Of a stretch of 64,000 nt of DNA, positions 19,592 to 28,860 are shown in pieces (within the stretch, counting starts at the first letter, position 1; each line of letters opens with the position of its first letter). The position numbers and the translations under genes are program-made. The DNA is taken from contig JAGBHO010000023.1 in the NCBI GenBank assembly GCA_017935485.1, positions 7,952-71,951 of the forward strand. The letters run 5' to 3'. Source of the stretch: Alphaproteobacteria bacterium (GTDB lineage: Bacteria > Pseudomonadota > Alphaproteobacteria > RF32 > CAG-239). The notes below the pieces were generated by a model, which saw only the letters and a list, made by a program, of their open reading frames with translations, did no database searches and was not told the DNA's origin.

Positions 19592-20407
19592 ATGGGATAT
19601 TTTAGTCAAAAGAAAAAGCAACGCCGCGAAAATATGTTTATTGCTGTTTCGCTGATAATCTTAGGAATTATTGCAGTAGTAAACTCTTTTGACGGTATCG
19701 GAAATTTATCTTTTTTTATCAAAAATTATTTCTTTCAGCTTTATCTTTTTAACCTTTTTATCCTTATTTTTGCGCTTTATTGCCGCAAAATCCTTTTTGC
19801 GATTCTGTCACTGGTTTTGCTGTTGTTTGGTTATGCTTATATATCTTCCGCTTCCAATATTTTCATTAATACCAAAGTTGATGCCGCGGATAAAACTTTT
19901 CTTCTGAACTACTCAGAGCCTCAAAAACAGGCAGATGCCGGTGTATTAACGGAAATCCCCGATATGACGGTTGAAAGCTATGGCAAAGTGAAGCTCAGCT
20001 CTCGCTATTCAGCCCGCTATACGGCATATCGTTCGGAAAATTCCAGATTAACGCTGGTCAGAGTTGATTTTTCCGGCATAGAAATTTCCGAGCAAAAAGG
20101 TGTGTTTGATAATCTGGCCGAATTTGTATCGCTTCGTGACGAGCCTCTGGTTATATATGGTGATTTCGGTACGCCTGCCTGGTCGCCGTACTTTAAGGAC
20201 TTTCTGCATCAAACCTCATTAGAGATAAGAAACCGGATTATTTTAAGTGACCTGCGCGGGTTCTTTAAATTGTTTAATGTGCCGGTGATTAATGTCGTTG
20301 CCTATAATAATATCGGAATTTCAGAAATTTCCGGTGTATCTGCGACGGAAAAACAGCCGGAAACAATTACTTTTAATATTCAGTACCTGAGCAATCCTCA
20401 AAAATAA
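19592..20407 (+). CDS. Polytopic membrane protein with a degenerate endonuclease/exonuclease/phosphatase-like C-terminal region
   Basis: Three N-terminal TM helices. LVIYGDFGTPAWSPYF resembles the GDFN..pWS block of EEP enzymes, but other catalytic blocks are not evident. Confidence 0.35.
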   Translation: MGYFSQKKKQRRENMFIAVSLIILGIIAVVNSFDGIGNLSFFIKNYFFQLYLFNLFILIFALYCRKILFAILSLVLLLFGYAYISSASNIFINTKVDAADKTFLLNYSEPQKQADAGVLTEIPDMTVESYGKVKLSSRYSARYTAYRSENSRLTLVRVDFSGIEISEQKGVFDNLAEFVSLRDEPLVIYGDFGTPAWSPYFKDFLHQTSLEIRNRIILSDLRGFFKLFNVPVINVVAYNNIGISEISGVSATEKQPETITFNIQYLSNPQK

Positions 20408-20530
20408 CGCCCAATCCTCCGTTATCCTGCACCTTTACTCCCTCTCTTGAGCGAGCGGGATGGGAGCGCTAAGTAAAAACAACCGCAGCGCGCCTAGATG
20501 CCTAAGTTGATCAGCCCGATTACCGAACAA

Positions 20531-20877
20531 CTTCTTAATCTTTGGAGCAAAGAGGTGAATATTAAGCACTAAGTTTTAGAGCGTAGCGACCTTACCTTTG
20601 CTCTGAAGATTTAGAAAGTGAGGTTGGGCTTGATTTTTGCCATTTATTCTTCTCCTAAAGCACAATCTCTCGTCCGGCACGGTTTGTGTGCCCTTTGCGA
20701 CAACCCCAAATGAAGCACTACACCCCTCAAGCCTGAGGGGTTGGGGAGTTGACCCGCCCTTTAACGAGTACTTCTTAGTCTTTGTGAAAAAGAGGAAATT
20801 AAAAGCACATAGTGTCTTCTTGCCGTCTTAGCCTTGAGCTTAGACGGCCTGTACTTTTTCACGAAGACTTAGAAAAC
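20531..20877. repeat. Two diverged copies of a long-stem hairpin element (20531-20618 and 20771-20877), with smaller hairpins between them
   Basis: 5' arms are cttcttaatctttggagcaaagagg and cttcttagtctttgtgaaaaagagg. They pair with 3' arms cctttgctctgaagatttagaaag and ctttttcacgaagacttagaaaac. The two arms change concordantly between copies. Confidence 0.7.
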
Positions 20878-20929
20878 GAGTTTAGGGCTAGCTTTTTTGT
20901 GCTACTTTTGTAGCATGACAAAAGTAGCG

Positions 20930-21232
20930 AAAAGAAAATCCCAACTCTATAAAGAAAACGAAACTTGAAAATAAGAAAAGAAAAACTACAGCAAAAGGGG
21001 ATGAAAGAAAGAGTAGGAAGTAAGAAAGAAGAATAACCAACTCTATGAAGAAACCAAAACCCGAAAATTAAAAAAGGAAAGGCCGTGGAAAAAGGAAAGA
21101 AAGGAGTAAAGAGGGGGCGGAGAGCAAACGGGGACGGGAAGCGGGAAAAGGCGGGGAGCGAGTGGCGGAAAGAGAGAGGAGAGAAAACGGGGAGGGTGGA
21201 ATGAGGAAGGAGAGGGAAAAAGAGAGCGGAAC
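20930..21232. repeat. ~300-bp polypurine (GA-rich) tract containing a 96-bp-spaced direct repeat
   Basis: The plus strand is almost only A/G from about 21065 to 21230. ccaactctat(a/g)aagaaa... occurs at 20941 and 21037. Confidence 0.85.
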
Positions 21233-21243
21233 GGCATCCGCTG
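21216..21243 (-). terminator. Intrinsic terminator after rmuC
   Basis: Stem agcgga-acggca-tccgct (21224-21243). On the minus strand it is followed by ctcttttt. Confidence 0.55.
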
Positions 21244-21264
21244 AATACGCACCGGCCGTACAGG

Positions 21265-22401
21265 TCAGGCAATGTGAGAAATAACAGCCGGCGCATCACT
21301 GTCCGCAAGCTCTTTCCGATCTTCGCCGAGTTGAATGTCCTCAATCCGCTGAATCCTTTTTGCAATCTTGCCGGACGAAACTTTAATTCCGTCAATATCT
21401 TCGTTGGCTTGTTTAAAATGCCGGCTCAAACTCTCGATTCTTCCGTCCAGCCGCCCGATATCTTCGGTCAGAGTCCCGACTTCTTTTTGAATAACGCCTG
21501 CCATTTCCCGCATTTTTGCGTCTTTTAAGATTGCCCGAACCGTGTTAAGCGTCGCCATCAGGGTTGTCGGTGAAACAATCCATACTTTGGCGCGGTAAGA
21601 CGTTTCAACCACTTCCGGAAAATTGGCATGCAATTCGGCATAAATCGCCTCGCTTGGTAAAAACATCAGGGCAGATTCGGCAGTTTCTCCGGGGAGAATA
21701 TATTTCTCGGAAATGTCTTTAATATGTTTCAGAACCGAGGCTTTGAAAAAACGGTCGGCTTCCAGCTTTTCCCGATCATTTCCGGCCGTTCGTAAAGCAT
21801 GATAACTTTCCAGCGGAAATTTTGAATCTATCACAATCGTTCCCGGCGGATTCGGTAAATTTAAAACACAGTCAGCTCTTTTCTGGTTGCTCAGAACAAC
21901 TTGAAAAGCGTAAGCCGACGGCGGTAAAATTGACGTCACCAAATCATTAAGCTGAATTTCGCCGAATGCGCCGCGAGCCTGTTTGTTGGAAAGAACTTCC
22001 TGCAAAGACACAACCTGCTCCGAAAGCGCGGAAATTTTTTGCTGTGCCACATCAATCTTTGTCAGCCTTTCGCGTAAATCCGTAAGCGTCTGATTGGTCT
22101 GAAGAGTTGTATTTTGCAAACCTTCCCCCACATTTTTGGTCACTTGCAAAAGCTTCTCGTCCATCATCTTCAAAACAGACAAACGCTGTTCGGCAATAGC
22201 CTCGGAAATTTTATGCTGCTGCTGTTGATTTGTTTCGGCCATCTGAGAGAGCCGTCCGGCCAGTTCTGCCTGGCCGCGGTAAAAAACATCGGCTATGGTT
22301 TGCAGCTTCTTGTCATCTTTGCGCAAAAACAATACCAACAGGTTGACAATAATCAAAATCCCCGCGGCCGCGCTCAGAATAAGCTGCAAATCTATAACCA
22401 T
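21265..22401 (-). CDS. rmuC: DNA recombination protein RmuC
   Basis: N-terminal TM helix plus coiled coil. RmuC core motifs IVIDSKFPLESY, LMFLPSEAIYAEL and IVSPTTLMATLNTV. Confidence 0.88.
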   Translation of the reverse strand: MVIDLQLILSAAAGILIIVNLLVLFLRKDDKKLQTIADVFYRGQAELAGRLSQMAETNQQQQHKISEAIAEQRLSVLKMMDEKLLQVTKNVGEGLQNTTLQTNQTLTDLRERLTKIDVAQQKISALSEQVVSLQEVLSNKQARGAFGEIQLNDLVTSILPPSAYAFQVVLSNQKRADCVLNLPNPPGTIVIDSKFPLESYHALRTAGNDREKLEADRFFKASVLKHIKDISEKYILPGETAESALMFLPSEAIYAELHANFPEVVETSYRAKVWIVSPTTLMATLNTVRAILKDAKMREMAGVIQKEVGTLTEDIGRLDGRIESLSRHFKQANEDIDGIKVSSGKIAKRIQRIEDIQLGEDRKELADSDAPAVISHIA

Positions 22402-22412
22402 ATTGCCGTTTC

Positions 22413-23387
22413 CTATTTTTTATAATCGGTGTCACGCCCCATTTTCAAGAATTTCTCGGTGCGCAGACGCTTGAGGTCTTCTCCGCTCAGCGGCATTAAT
22501 TCCTTAAGATGTTTCAACAACGCGTCTCCGACCCGCTCAATCGTCATCTGCGGATCACGGTGGGCGCCTCCGGTCGGTTCCGGAATAATCTCGTCAATAA
22601 CGCCGAGCTTTTTCAAATCCTGCGCGGTAAGTTTCAGGGCTTCGGTCGCTTCTTTAACCTTGTCGGCGGACCGCCACAAAATAGAAGCGCAGCCTTCCGG
22701 AGAAATAACGGAATAAATGGAATGTTCAAGCATCAGAACACGGTTGGCTGCCGCAATTGCAATCGCGCCGCCGGAACCGCCCATGCCGATAACAATGGAA
22801 ACCAGCGGAACTCTGATTTGCAGACATTTTTCAATTGAAGCCGCAATGGCCTGTGCTTGGCCGCGTGCTTCGGCTTCCACGCCCGGAAAGGCGCCGTCGG
22901 TGTCGACAAAAGCCAAAACCGGCATATTAAATTTGTTTGCCAAATCCATCAGGCGTTGCGCTTTGCGGTATCCTTCCGGCTTGGCCATGCCAAAGTTATA
23001 TTTGACGCGGCTTTCCAGATCATGACCTTTTTCCTGACCGAGCACGACAACGGAAATCCCCTTAAAACGGCCGATTCCCCCGACCATGGCCTCATCGTCG
23101 GCAAACACGCGGTCACCGCAGAGCGGAGTAAAGTCTTCAATCAGGGCATAAATGTAATCAAGGCAGTGCGGTCTTTGCGGATGTCTGGAAACCTGAAGTT
23201 TCTGCCACGGGGTCAGATTAGCGTAGGAAGCTTTCATCTGTTTCTCCAATTTCTGTTGCAATCGGGAAATTTCGGGAGCAATATCCACGTCTTCGCCTTC
23301 GGCCAGATGACGGAGTGCTTCCATTTTGTCTTCAATCTCGACAATGTTTTTTTCAAAATCTAAAACCAGAGTATTTTCAGTGTTCAT
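22413..23387 (-). CDS. accA: Acetyl-CoA carboxylase carboxyltransferase alpha subunit
   Basis: [68 protein letters not shown] at 23387 is preferred over the tracked upstream start. Confidence 0.93.
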   Translation of the reverse strand: MNTENTLVLDFEKNIVEIEDKMEALRHLAEGEDVDIAPEISRLQQKLEKQMKASYANLTPWQKLQVSRHPQRPHCLDYIYALIEDFTPLCGDRVFADDEAMVGGIGRFKGISVVVLGQEKGHDLESRVKYNFGMAKPEGYRKAQRLMDLANKFNMPVLAFVDTDGAFPGVEAEARGQAQAIAASIEKCLQIRVPLVSIVIGMGGSGGAIAIAAANRVLMLEHSIYSVISPEGCASILWRSADKVKEATEALKLTAQDLKKLGVIDEIIPEPTGGAHRDPQMTIERVGDALLKHLKELMPLSGEDLKRLRTEKFLKMGRDTDYKK

Positions 23388-23552
23388 TCTATTCTCTTTG
23401 ATTATTTCAAACTGATGATTTGATAACACAATTTTTTTTATATTTCGACTCTTATTTTGCTTTATTGTGTAAATATTGCATACTTTTTCGTTGAAATCTA
23501 GCCAATTTGTAATAGTATAAATTCAGTTTATCGTAACACGGGGAGATCAGAC

Positions 23553-24947
23553 TTGCTGGCATTGTCATTTTTCATCTTAATATTTTCTTCTCTGCTCTGG
23601 ATCATTTATGCCGTTATGCATGTTTTGGAAACGGTCGGAGCCGGCGGTTTCCGGTCTGCCGGAATAGCCGATGTATCGGTTTATGCCGCTTATGTTCTGC
23701 TTCCGGTCTTTGCGGTATGGATTGTCTTTGCCGTCATCAACCAGTTTTTGCATGACTACCGCTTTAACCGCAGTTTGAACAAGCTTTTCATACAGATGAA
23801 AAAAAATCAGGATTATTCTGACTTGATCGCCCGTATCATGCTGGAAAGCGAACAGCAAATTCGCGACGGTTTTATCGTTCAGCAGTTTGATTTGTTTGTT
23901 TCCGACATGAATGATCTGATTTCGGAAATAATCCAACGCAGTTCTCTGGCCTCGCCGGAGCAAATCGACCGCCTGTGGAGCAAGGTCAGAAACGGCGGAA
24001 AATGGTCTTTCGGCAAAGTGATTATCGAGGTTAACCAAAGCCAGCCGACTTTTCAGATGCGCATGTTCGAAAAGGCCGGGCATGACATTGTGCTTGCCGG
24101 AACCATAATGGAATTCTGCGCCCGCTATCAGAATATTGTTGAATTGTTTGAAAAGCACGACAACGAGAAAATCTTTTTGAATATTATCGAAACCGGCGTT
24201 TTGGGTAAAGTTTTTTCCATTTTTGCGCCTGTTTCCGACGAACTTAAGCGTAAGCGGGAAGCCTCACAGGCTTATGCCGCGCTGGGCGAAGGCCGTTTTG
24301 AGCAAATGCCTCCGGTACAGGCTCCCGCGCCTGAAACTTTCCGTGCTCCCGTATCTGAAAACAGCGTTAGGCCGGAATACCGCGCACCTGCGGCACCGGA
24401 ACGCCCCGTATTTGCCGCGCCGGCTGCACCGGTGATAACAGAACCGGCCGTGCCGGAGGATGACGAAAAAGAAGAACCGCATCGCCCGAGCTTGTCCGGA
24501 AAATTTTCGTTAGGAAAAAAATTTGCGCTTTTTGGCAAAAAGAAAAACCGTGAGGATGAAGAATATATTGACTACCGCCGTCCGGAAGAAAGCAGCCGCG
24601 ATCCTTTCTCCATGGCATTGGAACGCAGCTTCGGCGATGATGCGCCCGTAACGCCGCCGGCAGAGCCGTCGTTTGAAATCTCGGCGCCGCAGCCGGAAAC
24701 GCCAACCGTTTTTGCTCAGGAAAAAACAGAAGAAAAAGTAGTGGTGGAAGATGATGTTATTCCGATTCTGAACAACACGCAGCGTACGCTGGAAAGCCTT
24801 CGCCGCGAGTGGGAGCAGATGAGCTCTTCCGCTGCCCGTACAGAAGAACCGCACCGGTCGGAGCCTTCGTTAAAAGCGCCTGCCGCCGGAGAAGAGGCTT
24901 TCAGTTCACCTTTCCGGGGCTGGGTGGATGAAGAAAATTATAAATAA
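23553..24947 (+). CDS. Membrane protein with a Pro/Ala/Glu-rich C-terminal half, hypothetical
   Basis: TTG start, two N-terminal TM helices and a low-complexity PAP-rich tail. The antisense ORFs look like shadows. Confidence 0.5.
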   Translation: MLALSFFILIFSSLLWIIYAVMHVLETVGAGGFRSAGIADVSVYAAYVLLPVFAVWIVFAVINQFLHDYRFNRSLNKLFIQMKKNQDYSDLIARIMLESEQQIRDGFIVQQFDLFVSDMNDLISEIIQRSSLASPEQIDRLWSKVRNGGKWSFGKVIIEVNQSQPTFQMRMFEKAGHDIVLAGTIMEFCARYQNIVELFEKHDNEKIFLNIIETGVLGKVFSIFAPVSDELKRKREASQAYAALGEGRFEQMPPVQAPAPETFRAPVSENSVRPEYRAPAAPERPVFAAPAAPVITEPAVPEDDEKEEPHRPSLSGKFSLGKKFALFGKKKNREDEEYIDYRRPEESSRDPFSMALERSFGDDAPVTPPAEPSFEISAPQPETPTVFAQEKTEEKVVVEDDVIPILNNTQRTLESLRREWEQMSSSAARTEEPHRSEPSLKAPAAGEEAFSSPFRGWVDEENYK

Positions 24948-26748
24948 ATTTTTTCTGTTCTTGTGTCTGGTTACTTTTGCACAATCTGCGGCTGCGGAAA
25001 CCAAGATCCTGCCGTATTTTTCACTTTATGGCAAACCGGAATACGCACCGGGCTTTGCAAGCTTTGATTATGCCGATCCCAAAGCGCCGAAAGGCGGCCG
25101 GATTGTGCTTCCGGCTTATGGCAGTTTTGACAACTTCAATCCCTATATCTTTAAAGGCATTGCTTCTCCGGAAACCGCGGCTTTAACTTTGGATACGCTG
25201 GGATTTTCGCCGGCGGACGATATCTCGACGGCCTATCCGCTGATTGCCGAAAAGTTTGAGGTTCCCGATGATAACAGCTTTATCGGCTTTATTCTGGATA
25301 AGCGGGCAAAGTTTCAGGACGGCAGCCCGATTCTCGCCGATGACGTGATTTTCAGCTTTAATGCCCTGATTGAAAAAGGCTCGCCGATTTATAAGGTTTA
25401 TTACGGCGATGTCGCGCGCGTGGAAAAAGTCAATGATCGCCATGTCCGTTTTCATTTCCGCCCCGGTTCGCAAAACAAAGAATTGCCGCTGATTTTGACC
25501 CAGATTGCGGTCTTTTCTCAAAAAGACTGGCAGGGCAAAGACTTTGCCACACCGGCCGCCACGCCGCCGCTCGGCAGCGGTCCGTATCGGGTAGACAGTT
25601 TTTCTTTCGGCAAATATACGGTTTTGAAACGAAACAAGGACTATTGGGCGCAAAACATTCCGAGCCGCGCCGGATTTTTTAACTTTGACGAAATCCGCTA
25701 TGACTATTATCAGGATACCACGGTCACGCTGCAGGCATTGTTTGCCGGCAATATTGACCTGCGGGAAGAATACATCGCCAAAATCTGGGTAACCGGTTAT
25801 GACAATGATCTGATTAAGTCCGGCAAAATCAAAAAAGAAGACATGGCACACAACAAAGCCGCCAACCTGCAGAGTTTTGCCTTCAACCTCCGCCGTCCGC
25901 TTTTTCAGGACAAAAAAGTCCGTCAGGCCGTTGCGCTGGCTTTTGACTTTGATTGGGCGAACGAAAAGCTTTTTTATAACCAGTACCGCCGGATAGAAGG
26001 CTTTTTCCCCAACAGCGGGTTGGAAGCGTCGGGCAGGCCGCAGGGCAGGGAACTTCGTCTTTTGCAAAAATACAAAAAGCTTCTGCCGGCGGAAGTCTTC
26101 GGTGCATTGCCCGAAAATCCGGTACACGGCAGCTATTTGCAAACAAGGCGGAATTTGCGTGCGGCCGTGGCTCTGCTCAAAGAGGCCGGCTATGACTTTG
26201 TTGACGGCAAAATGACAAATCTGCGCACCGGCCGTCCGCTGGAATTTGAAATTTTGAGCAACACGGCCAACGGCTCGGCCTTTACCCGTGTTATGCTGCC
26301 GTTTTTGCACAATCTGCAAAAAATCGGCATTAAGGCTGTTTTCCGCAATATAGAAACCAACATTTTCAAAAACCGGCTGGATAAGTTTGACTACGATGTG
26401 GCAATTATTTCTTATCCCGGCAGTTCTTCCCCCGGCAATGAGCTGAAAGAAATCTGGGGTTCGGGCTCGGCCGGCATAAACGGCAGTTTTAATATAATCG
26501 GTGTTCAAAATCCGGCGGTAGACGCTTTGATTGAAGAAGTGGTCAAAGCCCAGCATAAAGACGACTATATCGCCGCCGTAAATGCGCTGGATCGGGTGCT
26601 GCGGCATGAATATTACCTGATACCGCATTGGTATTCGCCGTATCAGCGCATTGCCTATTGGAACAAATTTGCCCGCAAAACGGCAAAAGAACCGGTTGGC
26701 CTGCAGTTTCTGACTTGGTGGGACAAAGCGGCGGAGGATAAAAAATGA
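24928..26748 (+). CDS. yejA: ABC transporter periplasmic substrate-binding protein, YejA-like (family 5 SBP)
   Basis: Signal peptide followed by a family-5 SBP of 606 aa. Translationally coupled (ATGA) to yejB. Confidence 0.8.
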   Translation: MKKIINKFFLFLCLVTFAQSAAAETKILPYFSLYGKPEYAPGFASFDYADPKAPKGGRIVLPAYGSFDNFNPYIFKGIASPETAALTLDTLGFSPADDISTAYPLIAEKFEVPDDNSFIGFILDKRAKFQDGSPILADDVIFSFNALIEKGSPIYKVYYGDVARVEKVNDRHVRFHFRPGSQNKELPLILTQIAVFSQKDWQGKDFATPAATPPLGSGPYRVDSFSFGKYTVLKRNKDYWAQNIPSRAGFFNFDEIRYDYYQDTTVTLQALFAGNIDLREEYIAKIWVTGYDNDLIKSGKIKKEDMAHNKAANLQSFAFNLRRPLFQDKKVRQAVALAFDFDWANEKLFYNQYRRIEGFFPNSGLEASGRPQGRELRLLQKYKKLLPAEVFGALPENPVHGSYLQTRRNLRAAVALLKEAGYDFVDGKMTNLRTGRPLEFEILSNTANGSAFTRVMLPFLHNLQKIGIKAVFRNIETNIFKNRLDKFDYDVAIISYPGSSSPGNELKEIWGSGSAGINGSFNIIGVQNPAVDALIEEVVKAQHKDDYIAAVNALDRVLRHEYYLIPHWYSPYQRIAYWNKFARKTAKEPVGLQFLTWWDKAAEDKK

Positions 26749-27821
26749 GAAATTATATCATCAAACGCCTGCTGCTCATTCCGCTGACTTTGCTGGGAAT
26801 TCTGGCGCTCAATTTTGTAATTGTCCAGTTTGCCCCCGGCGGGCCGGTCGAACATACGCTTGCCAAATACCGCGGATTTAACGTTGACGGCAAATCGCAG
26901 TTTTCCTCAACCGCGCAAATGAATATGTCCAATGCCGGAAGCCAATATCAGGGCGCGCAGGGTGTGCCGGAAGAGCTGGTTAAAGAGCTCGAGAAACAGT
27001 TTGGCTTTGACAAGCCGGCGCATGTCCGCTTTTTGAAAATGGTCAAAGACTATCTTCTGTTTGACTTCGGCAAAAGCTTTTATCAGGACAAAAGCGTGAT
27101 AAGGCTGATCGGCGAACGGATGCCGGTATCTGTTTCTCTGGGCTTGTGGTCGACGTTGATAATTTATCTGATTGCCATTCCGCTGGGCATCAAAAAAGCA
27201 GTCCGCGACGGCTCGCCTTTTGACATCTGGACGTCTTTTGCCGTGGTTGTCGGCTCGGCGGTTCCGGTCTTTTTGTTTGCCGTCTTTCTGATTGTCTTTT
27301 TTGCCGGCGGCACATATTTTCAATGGTTCCCGCTGCGGGGCATAACCTCGGACAACTGGGAGCAGCTGGGCTTTTTTGCAAAAATTGCAGACTATTTTTG
27401 GCATATCGCGCTGCCGGTGCTGGCTATGGTAATCGGCGGCTTTGCCAGCCTGACCATGCTGACCAAAAACTCTTTTCTTGACGAGATTAATAAACCCTAT
27501 GTCCTGACGGCACGTGCCAAAGGCCTGAGCGAACGTCAGGTCTTGTACCGCCATGTGTTCAGAAATGCCATGCTGATTGTGATTGCGGGTTTTCCGTCCA
27601 TGCTGATAAAAATGCTGTTCAGCGGTGCGCTTCTGATAGAGGTTGTCTTCTCGCTCAACGGTCTGGGGCTGCTGGGCTATGAGGCGATTATGAGCCGCGA
27701 TTATCCGGTCATCTTCGGCACGTTATACATTTTTGCCCTGCTGGGGCTGGTGCTGAAGCTGATTTCGGATATTACCTATTCTTTGGTTGATCCGCGCATT
27801 AATTTTGACCGCCGCGGTTAA
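26745..27821 (+). CDS. yejB: ABC transporter permease YejB
   Basis: Near-colinear with E. coli YejB as I recall it: FIVQFAPGGPV, FGFDKP, LGLWSTLIIYLIAIPLGIKKA, LTARAKGLSERQVLYRHVFRNAML, VDPRINFDRRG. Confidence 0.88.
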   Translation: MRNYIIKRLLLIPLTLLGILALNFVIVQFAPGGPVEHTLAKYRGFNVDGKSQFSSTAQMNMSNAGSQYQGAQGVPEELVKELEKQFGFDKPAHVRFLKMVKDYLLFDFGKSFYQDKSVIRLIGERMPVSVSLGLWSTLIIYLIAIPLGIKKAVRDGSPFDIWTSFAVVVGSAVPVFLFAVFLIVFFAGGTYFQWFPLRGITSDNWEQLGFFAKIADYFWHIALPVLAMVIGGFASLTMLTKNSFLDEINKPYVLTARAKGLSERQVLYRHVFRNAMLIVIAGFPSMLIKMLFSGALLIEVVFSLNGLGLLGYEAIMSRDYPVIFGTLYIFALLGLVLKLISDITYSLVDPRINFDRRG

Positions 27822-27886
27822 CCATAAATTTACGCTCTGCCGCGTATAATAAAGGGAAAAACACAAATACAAAAGGCAGACAGGAT

Positions 27887-28849
27887 ATGGTAAAAATCAA
27901 TGACGTCAAATTTTCGGACATTTACATTACGCCGGATCGGATTGCGTTCATTCCGGACGGGCAGACCAAAAACGGCCTGACAATTTTGGATGCCGAAGAT
28001 TTTGACATTTTTTATAAACGGCTGGAAGAAAAATGGGACGGCCATAATCCGTCTTATTCCCTGCTTTATGAGAATATTTTTTACCGTGTTGAGCGAACCG
28101 AAAGCCTGTACGGCACACAATACTGCGCCCGTAAAATGCCGGAGAAAGTCCCGCCTTTCGGGAGCTTGGGTTTTCCGCATGAATTAACCAAGTTCCTGCT
28201 GTCATTGTCAAACGCTTCCGGATTGATTCTGTGGTCAGGCCCGACCGGCGCCGGCAAAACTACGGCCATTTCTTCACTGCTGAAAGAATTTCTGGCAATT
28301 GAAGGCGGCTTTGCTTATACCATTGAAGACCCGACCGAAATGCCTCTGGACGGGATTTACAAATCCACCAAAGGCGGCTTGGGCTTGTGCAAGCAGACAC
28401 AGCCGCAGAATGATGACTGGGGGGCTTCGTTAAAATCGGCATTGCGCTCAAAACCAAACTATATTCTGGTAGGAGAAATCAGAACGCCCGATACCGCCAG
28501 CGAGGTCTTGCGCGCCGCCACTTCCGGCCACTTGGTGCTTTCGACCATTCACGCCAATAACATTACCGATGCAATTTATTCCGTCGTCAAATACGCGGCC
28601 TCTACGTCAATGAGCGAAGAGTTGGCCTATGACTTGTTCTCCCGCGGCATTATCGGCGTATTGCATCAGGGATTAATGGGCACGAGCGTAAAAAAACCGG
28701 TGGCAACCTACCTCTTTGCCAACCCGAACTCCTCCCACGGCGATCAGGTGCGCGGCATTATCAAAAGCGGCAAATTAAACCTTGGCACGTCCATTGAAAC
28801 CCAGATGACCCGCCTTGCCCGCGGCATGAGCCTGTTTCAGGAATATTAA
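27887..28849 (+). CDS. PilT/DotB-like hexameric secretion ATPase
   Basis: Walker A GPTGAGKTT, Asp box TIEDPTE, Walker B and His box ILVGEIRTPDTASEVLRAATSGHLVLSTIHAN. The N-terminal ~100 aa are unlike any N-domain I recognise. Confidence 0.8.
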   Translation: MVKINDVKFSDIYITPDRIAFIPDGQTKNGLTILDAEDFDIFYKRLEEKWDGHNPSYSLLYENIFYRVERTESLYGTQYCARKMPEKVPPFGSLGFPHELTKFLLSLSNASGLILWSGPTGAGKTTAISSLLKEFLAIEGGFAYTIEDPTEMPLDGIYKSTKGGLGLCKQTQPQNDDWGASLKSALRSKPNYILVGEIRTPDTASEVLRAATSGHLVLSTIHANNITDAIYSVVKYAASTSMSEELAYDLFSRGIIGVLHQGLMGTSVKKPVATYLFANPNSSHGDQVRGIIKSGKLNLGTSIETQMTRLARGMSLFQEY

Positions 28850-28860
28850 AAGGCAGAAAA

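Noticed and set aside
20859-21395. 178-aa minus-strand ORF spanning the polypurine tract and overlapping the rmuC 3' end.
   Set aside because: The translation is a Phe/Ser/Pro/Leu low-complexity string produced by the CT-rich strand, and it overlaps the rmuC coding end. It is treated as noncoding.
25183-26628. 481-aa ORF on the minus strand.
   Set aside because: It lies entirely antisense to the well-supported yejA gene. Its composition is Arg/Phe/Gln-rich and low-complexity, typical of a shadow ORF.
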